Of a DNA stretch of 64,000 nt, positions 47,257 through 56,890 are shown piece by piece. Under the pieces are notes generated by a model. It had not been told where the DNA came from and did no database searches. It saw only the letters and a list, made by a program, of their open reading frames with translations. Position numbers and translations under genes: made by a program. The stretch is from a virus. Numbering within the stretch: position 1 is the first letter of the stretch; each line of letters starts with the position of its first letter. The DNA is taken from positions 1-64,000 of IMG/VR virus record IMGVR_UViG_3300037851_000431. One strand, written 5' to 3'.

Positions 47257-48090
47257 ATGCCGTTTAGATTACAGGTAGATACTAGTGAAGTAGATCGAAT
47301 GACGGGGAGTTTTCCCCAATATTTAAATGCTGAAATGACTCGACTCCGAGGAGCAGCGAGTGTCATTGCTAAAGAAGCTTTGATGGATTCTTTTATGGAA
47401 GCTGCTACAGGTCAAGAAGGGTTTTACCCGCAATATATTGAGCATGTATTAACAGTTTTAAGTATGACACCTATTAGAATTGGGATTTCGCCATCAGGCT
47501 TTATTCTAGAATTTACTTGGAATTTACTTGGTAATAGGGAGGAGTTACAAAGAGGATTCCACCAAGGAGCTAAACTTAGAAGTGGTGGGCATCATCCTGT
47601 AGGAGTACCGTGGATGGGATCAGAAAATAATCTTAAAAATCCTCAATATACTAGGTATAAAGCATGGTTAGCTATTGCTACAGGAGAACCGTGGGAGACT
47701 CAGAAAACAAATAAGAAGGGTGTAACTAAATCATACACATGGCCGGGTGAGGATGTAAATCTAGATGAAGCATTAGAAGAAACTATTAATGCAAGAGTTT
47801 CTATATGGGGCAATCGTGCGCCGGAATGGCATTTACTAGATGAGGGTACCACATGGTATCCTCCTGTTACACCTACAGCCTTTACTGAAGATTCATATCT
47901 TGAAGTTGCTAAAAGACTAACACCCTTATTTCATGATGCTGTTAATTATGCTCAATACCGAGCAGCAGAAGTAGCTACTTATGGAAAAGCCCGCAAAACA
48001 GAAGGACAGTCCCTACATGATTTTCAAGTTGAAATATCTTATCTACGCAATAGAAATAGGGGGCAATTTGCTCCCGGTTATATAGGATAG
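47257..48090 (+). CDS. putative tail completion/neck protein
   Basis: APEWHLLDEGT resembles the HK97 gp10-like APY..LE.GT motif; expected position. Confidence 0.5.
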   Translation: MPFRLQVDTSEVDRMTGSFPQYLNAEMTRLRGAASVIAKEALMDSFMEAATGQEGFYPQYIEHVLTVLSMTPIRIGISPSGFILEFTWNLLGNREELQRGFHQGAKLRSGGHHPVGVPWMGSENNLKNPQYTRYKAWLAIATGEPWETQKTNKKGVTKSYTWPGEDVNLDEALEETINARVSIWGNRAPEWHLLDEGTTWYPPVTPTAFTEDSYLEVAKRLTPLFHDAVNYAQYRAAEVATYGKARKTEGQSLHDFQVEISYLRNRNRGQFAPGYIG

Positions 48091-48100
48091 GGAGTAAATT

Positions 48101-48556
48101 ATGGCAAGAAAAACGTATGAAATAACAGCCTTTCGTGCAGCATTAAACACTTATTTATCTGCGCGCGGTTGGACAGGGATAAACTATAAAGAAAGATTTC
48201 CTACTGAATCTCAGATAGTTGTTCCTACTGTAGCCATAACATTTACCCAACCTTCAAGAGCTTCGGCGTTACAGTTAGGATCAACGGGGGAAAAAACCTT
48301 TCGTAGAATAATACAAGTAGATTGTTTCATGGAAAATAATGAACGAGCAGAGGGCATATCTGATGACATTATGGATTTTATGGATTTAGAAGCCGTATTA
48401 ATTGTTGATAAAATGTCAGATGCTACTATAGGTACATTAATTTGTTTTGATACAGATTCAATATATGCAGATGTTGTGCCCCCGGATTTAGAGATTGAGA
48501 AGGTTAATAGATGGCGGGCAATAGTTAGAGGTAACTATGAAGCCCATTATTTCTAG
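48101..48556 (+). CDS. putative tail terminator
   Basis: Size and position before the major tail protein; IQVDCF strand. Confidence 0.55.
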   Translation: MARKTYEITAFRAALNTYLSARGWTGINYKERFPTESQIVVPTVAITFTQPSRASALQLGSTGEKTFRRIIQVDCFMENNERAEGISDDIMDFMDLEAVLIVDKMSDATIGTLICFDTDSIYADVVPPDLEIEKVNRWRAIVRGNYEAHYF

Positions 48557-48642
48557 ATTATCGACACACAGCAGGGCGATAATTATAGATCAAGGTAAGG
48601 TGAAATCGAGCGAATCTATTATTTAAGGAGGATTTGATTTAA

Positions 48643-49830
48643 ATGGCAAAGAGAGTTAGGGTTCACTCAAGAGATTTGCAGCCGCAAATCGTAGCACCCC
48701 GAGGAATGTTCGCTGCTGCTAGAGTTCAGAGATTTGATTGGCCTACGTCATTACCAACAACAGCAATTGATGAAATTGGACGAAAGCTACATGTGGGAAC
48801 AACGACAGAAATTCCCGAAGTTACTGTTACAATAGAAGCATTTAATGTTAATCATAACATTGATGCCTATATGACAGGATATACACCGGGAACATTTCCA
48901 ACCGTTTCGGGTGTTTCCATTACAGACCTTAAGGGAATTGATGTTGTAGGTCAAATTAGAGATGCTACAACAGCAGCTATAGTAAATGCACTTTATGTTA
49001 AGAGAGGTATCGTTTCAGGAATGGACGCCACGTTTGGTGTGCGAGATAACTCTTCAGTAACATATACAATTACAGCCTCATCTAAAAAGGAATTTAAAAA
49101 TCCTGTATTTAGTGACGGTTTCACTGTCTCAGGCGCACAGACAAATCTTTATTTAACATACACACCAACATATCTACCACTTACTTCAGGTTATATAATT
49201 AATGCTGGTAGAGTTACGGCAGCAGGAGCGCAAACATACCTCGATGAAGGAACAGACTATACTGTAACAGGTACGAATGTTCAACTATTAGCTGATGGTA
49301 CTACAGGAGATTATGTTTGGTTTACGTATTGTTCCGCACAATCTGCTACATTCCAGCCATTGGATGATGTATCAGCAGCAGCAATTCAGGGTAAATATGT
49401 TCCAGTGGCTATTTCAGTTAACAATATCCCAAGAGCGCAGAGTGCTTCAATTCGGGCTTCAATGGAAGTTGAAAGAATCTTCGAATTGGGTGGATTAGGA
49501 AAGCCCGTAGGAACAGAAATTGGTATTCCAAGTGTTACAGGTGATCTTAGTGTACTAAAGACTGATAACGAGTTACTTAATATTCTAACAGGACAGTCCT
49601 CAACAGCAGATGAAGCTGACTTGGAGTATCAGGCTAACAATCTATCGTTAAAGATTCAGTTGAAAGACCCGGCGAATCCAACAAAAGTTGTTAAAACATA
49701 TTATGTACCATCAATTACGATCACACAAGAAAATGATGAATCAACTGTTAACCAGTCAATGAATGAGACATTCTCATGGGAATCAAAGACCGGAGAATTG
49801 TTCATTGCGTCTGGTGCTGGTCCTTGGTAA
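48643..49830 (+). CDS. Major tail (tube) protein
   Basis: Position before the chaperone and TMP, strong RBS, followed by a terminator. Confidence 0.75.
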   Translation: MAKRVRVHSRDLQPQIVAPRGMFAAARVQRFDWPTSLPTTAIDEIGRKLHVGTTTEIPEVTVTIEAFNVNHNIDAYMTGYTPGTFPTVSGVSITDLKGIDVVGQIRDATTAAIVNALYVKRGIVSGMDATFGVRDNSSVTYTITASSKKEFKNPVFSDGFTVSGAQTNLYLTYTPTYLPLTSGYIINAGRVTAAGAQTYLDEGTDYTVTGTNVQLLADGTTGDYVWFTYCSAQSATFQPLDDVSAAAIQGKYVPVAISVNNIPRAQSASIRASMEVERIFELGGLGKPVGTEIGIPSVTGDLSVLKTDNELLNILTGQSSTADEADLEYQANNLSLKIQLKDPANPTKVVKTYYVPSITITQENDESTVNQSMNETFSWESKTGELFIASGAGPW

Positions 49831-49886
49831 ATCATTTAACTGATAATACAATATCGGGTATTTATAAGAATTAACTTATAAAACAC

Positions 49887-49932
49887 AGGGATTAAGCTCG
49901 TCAAATCGGCGGGCTTAATCCCTTTTATTTTT
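49887..49932 (+). terminator. intrinsic terminator
   Basis: AGGGATTAAGCTCGTC/GGCGGGCTTAATCCCT plus T tract. Confidence 0.8.
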
Positions 49933-49948
49933 ATTAGGAGGAAAGGTA

Positions 49949-50686
49949 ATGGGCAAGTTAGCAAGTCTTCTTCGATGGAAGAGGAAGGTAGAGTTAAAGG
50001 ACGAACACAATAATCCTATATTAGATGAAAATGGTAGTCCTGTTATAGTATGGGTAAGGCTTCTTGGTGATTTTGATCTACAGGAAGCTTATAAAAGATC
50101 AAGAGTAGAGTCCAGTAAAATGCGAGAGTTACTTAGAACGCCTGAATCACCTGAATATAAGGATCAGGTTGAACCTCTTTTTGAAGCAGATGAGGAACAA
50201 TGCAAGGAAATTATACGTGCAGCCAAGGGTGCTAACTGGACAGCAGATGCGTACTCCGTGGTTGAAAGACCCAATCTAATTGAAATGAGTGAGATAGCAA
50301 TTGATCCTGATGCTCCAACACTTGAAGAACAAGAAAAATTAGATAAACAAAATGAAGAGTTAGATGTTAAATATAAAAAAGATGTTGAAGATTATATAGA
50401 TACAAAATCGAAAGAGTTGGAAGCAGAATTAAGTGTATTAAACTTGGAAGAATTAAGAGAAAAAGCTAAATTTGAAGTTTCAAATGTTATGCCGCTCTCA
50501 ACTTTTGTAGTATCTTTAAATGATGAAAAAGTTTGGCGTTCAGTATATGTAGATGAGGGTTGTAAAGAAAGGGGTTTTTCAAATATTGGGGAATTTAGAG
50601 AAGCCTCTCCCATTATTAGAGAGCAACTTATTAAAGCATATATAAATTTGGAAAGCGGTGTTAGTGTAGAAGAATTAAAAAACTAG
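49949..50686 (+). CDS. Tail assembly chaperone (gpG-like)
   Basis: Acidic, between MTP and TMP; ends in slippery A AAA AAC. Confidence 0.75.
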   Translation: MGKLASLLRWKRKVELKDEHNNPILDENGSPVIVWVRLLGDFDLQEAYKRSRVESSKMRELLRTPESPEYKDQVEPLFEADEEQCKEIIRAAKGANWTADAYSVVERPNLIEMSEIAIDPDAPTLEEQEKLDKQNEELDVKYKKDVEDYIDTKSKELEAELSVLNLEELREKAKFEVSNVMPLSTFVVSLNDEKVWRSVYVDEGCKERGFSNIGEFREASPIIREQLIKAYINLESGVSVEELKN

Positions 50687-50976
50687 CAGAGGGTAACGCT
50701 TTCGGTATGGCTGTAGCTATTTCCAAGCAATTAGGTATTCCTATTATGGAAGGATTACCTAATTCAACAGAAGAGTTACCCAATATCATTACATATATGA
50801 TTTTACATAGGGCAAAAATTGATTCATTTAATGAGTTACCAAAAGAAAAGCGCCCACCCCGCGATCTTTGGGATAAACCCTATAAACTAGAAGAATTTTT
50901 TGAGGAAATATTTAAAGTTGATGACAAACCAAAGGGAAAATCCTACATAGAATATAATTATAAGGAAGTGGAATAA
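50680..50976 (+). CDS. Tail assembly chaperone -1 frameshift extension (gpT-like)
   Basis: The -1 frame is open from the slip site into ORF 50707-50976. Confidence 0.7.
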   Translation, partial: KLAEGNAFGMAVAISKQLGIPIMEGLPNSTEELPNIITYMILHRAKIDSFNELPKEKRPPRDLWDKPYKLEEFFEEIFKVDDKPKGKSYIEYNYKEVE

Positions 50977-50979
50977 ACC

Positions 50980-53900
50980 GTGGCTGATGTACGAGTAAGG
51001 TTTATTGGTGATGCAGCATCGCTACGGAGTTTTTATGCCCAATTAGGGAATGAAACCAGAGTAGCAGGGCAGGAAATAAAAAGAGCGGGCGAAAAAGCAT
51101 TATCCGGTCTTTTTGGAGACAACCCTAATGTTCAAATGTCGGGTGTAAGAACTACAATAGATGGTGTTAATAAAACTTTTCGTGCATTAGGTGATGCTGT
51201 TTTAACTGTTGATAGACGAGTTGCAGATATTGATTGGAGAGGGGTTGCGGGGGGAGAGAAAAATTTTAGAAGTACACTTAAAGCGGTACAAGATTTTGAA
51301 AGGGCTGCTAGAAGTGGGATAGTAGCAACAGACGAACAAACAGAGGCGTATAGACAGCAGAAAGTCCAACTTCAAGCTTTAACAACTCAAATGATGGCAA
51401 ATACAAGGGTATCAACTCTTAAACAACCTGTTGGAATACTAGGTCAAGCTCAAACTGTTTTTGGTAACGAACCTTTCTATGAAATAGCTAAGCAAAATTT
51501 AAGTAGACTAAAGCAAACACTCGGAGAAATTGTTCAAGTACTACCCGGTGTAAATTTAAAAGCACTTACAGCATCAATGAGAGAGCCACTTAAATTAGCA
51601 GAAGAATCCTTAAGAAATATGGGGTTAATGGTTGATACAAATGGAAGATTACGAACAACTCAAGGTAGGTTTGCGAGTGTTGCTGATCCAACTGTTGCAT
51701 CTTTAAGAGAAGAGGTTAGATGGCGAAGACAAAATATTGGTGTTATTGAAACTGAAGCAAAAGCTTTAACGCAAAGAAGGATTGCTGCTTCTGCCCAAGG
51801 CCGGGTTGCTTTAGGTCAAGCACAACAAGCGGTTAGTCAAAGTTTTGATATGTTACCACCAATACCAAGTACATTTGGTCAGTTATTAGCGGCAGATAAA
51901 AAGGGACAACTATTAAAATTAATGGGTCGATCAGGCTTTGGAATTGGGCAAAATATCGGTGAGTTATCAAAATCAATAGATGCTTCAGATATCCATGTAG
52001 TCGATGATCTTGTTCGTGGTGTAACTAGAGTTAGTGGATCATTTACAGATGTAAGTGGACGAACGAAAGAATTTTCTGCTGAGTTAGATAAGAACGGAAA
52101 TATTGTTACAAGATTCGGTGGTCAATTAAGAGGTTTAAGGCAATTCTTAGCCCAAACAGGGAGAGACTTTCAAAAAGTTGTTGAATGGACAATTGCTACT
52201 ACTGTTGTATTCGCATCTTTAAGACTTGTAATGCAAGGATTAGGTATAATCAAAGAATTTGATACACTGTTGGCAAGATTTGGTATAACAGCCCAATTAA
52301 CAACCGAACAGGCTCGCCAATATTTCGGTGAATTTGCTCAGATTGCTACCAATACAGCAACACCTTTAAGGGAAATGCTAACTGTAGCCGATGATATAGC
52401 ACTTGGTACTAGAAAGGCTGGACAGACGACAGAACAGTGGAAAGCACAGATGCTTGATTTAGCAAATGCTGTTGGTATTTATACTAATTTAACAGGGCAA
52501 GATGCTACTAAAGCTACAGATATACTGATTTCATCCATGAAACAGTTGGGATTAACTGCTAGTGATGTTGTTGGTGTACTTAACAAAGTTACTGCTGTTG
52601 CTGGTGGTCAAGCAGGAGCAATTTCTGACATTTCACAAGGTCTAGCCGTTATGGCAGAAGCAGGAAAACAGGCTGGATTAAGTGTTGATCAGCAAATTGC
52701 CACTATCCAAGTATTATCTCAGGTAACAGCCAAAACTCCTGCTGAAGTTGCAACTGCTTTCAAAAACCTTGTTGGTGCGCTTGATAATCCTGCGGCTATA
52801 AAAGCATTGGATAAATATAATATTTCCCTTAAAGATCAGGAAGGTAATCTAAGAAATATTATTGATATTTATGGTGAGATAAATCAAAAAATACGACAAG
52901 GTGTAATCCCTGCTAGTGATGTTAAAGGGCTATTACGAGCCATTTCAGGCGGTCCTAGAAGGCTTCCAGATGCAGCCGCATTGCTTTCAAATATTGATAG
53001 TGTTAATGACGTTACCCAAAAGAGCATTAGTGCAACTAATGAAGCCTTAGTTGCAAACGCCAAAGTATTAGATACCTTAAATGCTAAGTGGATACAGCTT
53101 CAAAACCTTCTTCAGAAAAATTTGTTTGGATCATTTGGTTCTCAATTTAGATCGCTAGCAGAAGCCGGTATAGACGCATTAACTGCAATAACAAATTTAA
53201 CCTCGCAATTTTCTTCCGCTATAGTAGTAATACTTAAATTTGTGGCTGTACTAGCACTTGTTAAAGGTGGTTTAGCAATATTTAAAGCCATTTCTGGAAC
53301 ATTCGGTAATATGGCATTTGCATTGTCAGGTGGATACGTAGCAATGCAAGAAAATGTTAAAAGATTAGTAGCAATGACAGAAGCGCAGAGAGCGTATGCG
53401 GCTACTACCAGAACAACAACTGGAATTACATGGCAAAATACATTTGCTATTCAAGAACAGGTAGTGGCTATGGAAAAGGCGGCTATTACTCAAGCAACTT
53501 TCTCACAAAGAATGAAAGATTGGGGAAAAGCTGCTAAAGGAGCTTTTGCCGGTGTTGCAGCGGGTGCTGCTGCTGGTGCAGTAATGGGTGGTTTAGCAAC
53601 AGGAGGAGATATTAGAGGAATTGCCGGTGGTGGATTAATGGCCGGTGGCTTAGGATTAATGCAAATTCCATCTCCTTATGGAATTAGTCAAATTGCTGGT
53701 CTATCAATGATGGTGGGGGGTTTTGCATTAACACAGCTTACAGGGGACCAACAAAAAGCCGCAGATGCTACCAAGATGCAAGTAGAAGAATTAACAAATC
53801 TTATTAAACAATATGAGGAAGCAGGTGCAATATATAGTAATGCTTCTAAAGCAAATAAAGAATTAGAAAAAACTATTGGAGATTTAAATAGTAAGACAAA

Positions 53901-56112
53901 TAAATCAGCAGCAGAGCTTGAACAATTAAAAGAATTCCAAAGAACATATACCTCAAATGTACTTGAAATGGCTGATGCAACCCGACAATTAGATGATGCA
54001 CAAGCTAAAATTTTAGAGAGTACTGGACAAGTAGGTTCCCGAATTACTAAGCCACTCTTGGAAGCAGGGAGATTAACCACCGCCTCTATGCAACAGCTTA
54101 AAAGAGAAGTATATTCTGGTTTATTTGGAATTTCTGATCAACCAATCAGAGGTACCATACCTTGGGGTACTACTGGTAGAGGAGCATTAGCTACTGCTGG
54201 CTCAAGTATAGCAAGAAGTTTAGCACCCGATAAAATCGTGGTGGGTTCAACGGGTGAAACCCAAGCTTTCTATAAAGAGATTAATTTAGCAAAATTAAAT
54301 GCTGAATCTGTTAAGGAATTATTTGATGAACTAGGAAATCTTAAATTTAATATTCCTATAAATGCTGAAAATTTAAAAAATATAGATAAAGCATTACAGT
54401 CTATAAAAGGTACTGTTCCTGATGAAGTGTTTAATAGGATGGAATTGTCTCTTTATGCTGCCGCCGGTGCTGGCTCTCAATTATATGCTACCCTTTTCCA
54501 AATAGATAACGCTATTGCTGAGTTACAAACACGCTCTATATTAGCACTTATTAATCCTGATGATGCCGCAAACGCAGAAAAAGTTTTAAATGCGATGAAA
54601 AATATTATTCCTCAACTTGAAACTAATACAAATATGCTAGGACAAAGTTTGGGTACTAGTGGGTGGCAAGGAGCTTCAACTGTTGGACAAACGAGACTTG
54701 ATGAATTAAGTAAATTAACAGCACAAATAATGTACGGTGATTTATCAAAAGAACAGTTAACAACTGTTTTTGAAAGAGTAGCTGAAATAACAAACGAGTT
54801 AACAGGACAAGCATCTAAATGGGACGATATTAATTATCGTCTAGCATTTATGTCAAATTTAGCTGAGTTGTTTGGATTAAAAGGTAAATTAGCTTTTGAT
54901 GATGTAACGGTATCTGCTAGGGATTTTACAGAAGAGTTAGAAGCAATGACAGGTGCTTTGGAAAAAGCCCGAGACAGTTTCTTAGGGTCATTAGCTGAAA
55001 AATCCGCCTCTTTACAGGCAGATATTTTGGGGGGCCAGTTTAAAGATAAGCCCGGTGAGCAAGCATTTTTACAAGGACAACTTCAGGCCGCATTTGATGC
55101 CATAGATGCATATAATGCTGTTATAGCCAGTTTGGAAAATTTAAAAGATCGAGCAGCAGAAGCAAAAATAAACTTTGAGAATCTTTCACAGGGAATTATA
55201 AGTGATTTTGGAGCAAGTTTAGCGAAAATACCGGGTTTGGAAGACGCTGCCTCCTTGTCATTAGATCAATTAATGACAAGATTATTAGAATTGGGTTTCC
55301 GAATGGGCTTAAGTAGAGAACAGATGGGAAAATTAATTGAAAAGATAGCTGAGTTACCTAAATTAATTAAAGACATTGGTGATTTAAAACTTAGGTTTGG
55401 TATAGTTGGAGATTTAAGCGAGGCAATTAATTCATTTAAACTACTATCTAATGCGACTGCTAGATTAGCAAAAATTTTTCCTCAGTGGCAGGGTATGGCA
55501 GATATGTTTGCTGGTATAGTTAGTGATTTACAAGAAGGGCAAAATAGAATAAATACATGGGCATCAGATATTGGTGGTTATTATGCTGGCGGTAGAGGCA
55601 ATGTAGCTACAGGTAGTAGTTCTGCTGCTGCTAGACAGGCGGGAATGTTGGAAATTCCTGATGAGTTCAGGGAAATGAATAGACCAGTAATTGATCTAGT
55701 AAAAGAAGCTGTTGCTAATGCAAAACTTATACAAAGTCAAATACCGGGAGAAGCCAAACGAAATAAAGACCAAATTGTAGCCATTTTTGATGGTGTAAAG
55801 AAAATTCTTCAAACCAAAGGTATTGGGGAAGAATATCTACGCAAGGCTATGCAAGATTTGACAGATGAAATAAAGAAACAAAATGAATTACTTGCCAAAG
55901 CAGATACCATGAGAAGAATTCGTGTTGGAGCAGGAGATTTTGCAGCCCTCGCAAATGTTCCTATCAATGCAAAATCTGGTATCAGTTTAGGAAGTCCAGA
56001 GGGACCAATAACAATTAGTTTAAATGTTACTGGACAAATATTAACCCCAGCACAGATACAACAATTAGCTGAATTCTTAGGTGCTGCGTTAGGCCGTCAT
56101 ATAGGAGGGTAA
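50980..56112 (+). CDS. Tape measure protein
   Basis: 1710 aa, helical and Ala-rich; TP901-type core (AEAGKQAGLSVDQ..VATAFKNL), central hydrophobic segments. Confidence 0.92.
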   Translation: MADVRVRFIGDAASLRSFYAQLGNETRVAGQEIKRAGEKALSGLFGDNPNVQMSGVRTTIDGVNKTFRALGDAVLTVDRRVADIDWRGVAGGEKNFRSTLKAVQDFERAARSGIVATDEQTEAYRQQKVQLQALTTQMMANTRVSTLKQPVGILGQAQTVFGNEPFYEIAKQNLSRLKQTLGEIVQVLPGVNLKALTASMREPLKLAEESLRNMGLMVDTNGRLRTTQGRFASVADPTVASLREEVRWRRQNIGVIETEAKALTQRRIAASAQGRVALGQAQQAVSQSFDMLPPIPSTFGQLLAADKKGQLLKLMGRSGFGIGQNIGELSKSIDASDIHVVDDLVRGVTRVSGSFTDVSGRTKEFSAELDKNGNIVTRFGGQLRGLRQFLAQTGRDFQKVVEWTIATTVVFASLRLVMQGLGIIKEFDTLLARFGITAQLTTEQARQYFGEFAQIATNTATPLREMLTVADDIALGTRKAGQTTEQWKAQMLDLANAVGIYTNLTGQDATKATDILISSMKQLGLTASDVVGVLNKVTAVAGGQAGAISDISQGLAVMAEAGKQAGLSVDQQIATIQVLSQVTAKTPAEVATAFKNLVGALDNPAAIKALDKYNISLKDQEGNLRNIIDIYGEINQKIRQGVIPASDVKGLLRAISGGPRRLPDAAALLSNIDSVNDVTQKSISATNEALVANAKVLDTLNAKWIQLQNLLQKNLFGSFGSQFRSLAEAGIDALTAITNLTSQFSSAIVVILKFVAVLALVKGGLAIFKAISGTFGNMAFALSGGYVAMQENVKRLVAMTEAQRAYAATTRTTTGITWQNTFAIQEQVVAMEKAAITQATFSQRMKDWGKAAKGAFAGVAAGAAAGAVMGGLATGGDIRGIAGGGLMAGGLGLMQIPSPYGISQIAGLSMMVGGFALTQLTGDQQKAADATKMQVEELTNLIKQYEEAGAIYSNASKANKELEKTIGDLNSKTNKSAAELEQLKEFQRTYTSNVLEMADATRQLDDAQAKILESTGQVGSRITKPLLEAGRLTTASMQQLKREVYSGLFGISDQPIRGTIPWGTTGRGALATAGSSIARSLAPDKIVVGSTGETQAFYKEINLAKLNAESVKELFDELGNLKFNIPINAENLKNIDKALQSIKGTVPDEVFNRMELSLYAAAGAGSQLYATLFQIDNAIAELQTRSILALINPDDAANAEKVLNAMKNIIPQLETNTNMLGQSLGTSGWQGASTVGQTRLDELSKLTAQIMYGDLSKEQLTTVFERVAEITNELTGQASKWDDINYRLAFMSNLAELFGLKGKLAFDDVTVSARDFTEELEAMTGALEKARDSFLGSLAEKSASLQADILGGQFKDKPGEQAFLQGQLQAAFDAIDAYNAVIASLENLKDRAAEAKINFENLSQGIISDFGASLAKIPGLEDAASLSLDQLMTRLLELGFRMGLSREQMGKLIEKIAELPKLIKDIGDLKLRFGIVGDLSEAINSFKLLSNATARLAKIFPQWQGMADMFAGIVSDLQEGQNRINTWASDIGGYYAGGRGNVATGSSSAAARQAGMLEIPDEFREMNRPVIDLVKEAVANAKLIQSQIPGEAKRNKDQIVAIFDGVKKILQTKGIGEEYLRKAMQDLTDEIKKQNELLAKADTMRRIRVGAGDFAALANVPINAKSGISLGSPEGPITISLNVTGQILTPAQIQQLAEFLGAALGRHIGG

Positions 56113-56117
56113 AGTAA

Positions 56118-56843
56118 ATGCCTTTAGGACCATCACAACAATATCTCGCTGAATATAATGGATATACTTTACCCGGATATGTTCAGAGTGAATCCTTTGA
56201 TTCTATTATGAATATAGCTCCACATTATGGGGTATACATCGATGGCTCACCGTCTGAGGAGTTGGGCCTACAAAATAAAAAACTCTCCTTGACTTTAAAA
56301 GTGTGGGAAACAGATTATTTAACCTGTAAACAGCAGGTTGAATTAGCCTATACCTATCTTAGAAGTTTTCGTAATGGATTTGCTCAACTAAAAGTACAAT
56401 ATCCTGACAAACATTACATGGCAATGGTTATATCCATTACAACAGAAAAATCTGTACCATCATCAGTACGAGTGCTTGAGTATAAGGTAGATTTTGAGTG
56501 CAAGCCTTGGCTTATAGGTGAAACACTTCATAGTATTAGTAGTGATACAGACGAAGTTGGACGAACCTTAGATAATGGCGGGTGGGCACCAACTATTACT
56601 ACTCTTACAGGAACCAGTATAAGTGGTATAACAGCAGACGGTCAATCAACCGGCAGCGTGGTCACTACAGGCGTTACAGGGCTTGTTATAGACACAGAAG
56701 CATTCACCGCTACCATTGGTGGGGTAAATAAAAATGAGTTGGTTACAACAAAGGATTATAGGCTTTATGTTGGCCCCGGAAAAACCACCTTTACAGTAGA
56801 TGGATCGGCAACTATACAATGGTATGATCGTTGGTATATATAG
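56118..56843 (+). CDS. Distal tail (Dit)-like protein
   Basis: Directly after TMP; DFECKPW and IQWYDRWY motifs. Confidence 0.7.
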   Translation: MPLGPSQQYLAEYNGYTLPGYVQSESFDSIMNIAPHYGVYIDGSPSEELGLQNKKLSLTLKVWETDYLTCKQQVELAYTYLRSFRNGFAQLKVQYPDKHYMAMVISITTEKSVPSSVRVLEYKVDFECKPWLIGETLHSISSDTDEVGRTLDNGGWAPTITTLTGTSISGITADGQSTGSVVTTGVTGLVIDTEAFTATIGGVNKNELVTTKDYRLYVGPGKTTFTVDGSATIQWYDRWYI

Positions 56844-56890
56844 ACTAATAATATAGTCTTCTTCAATACAATGAAGGTAGGTGAATAGGA

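Noticed and set aside
41468-54080. Long minus-strand ORFs (41468, 43102, 53688)
   Set aside because: Antisense shadows of the scaffold, MCP and TMP genes, with no motifs.
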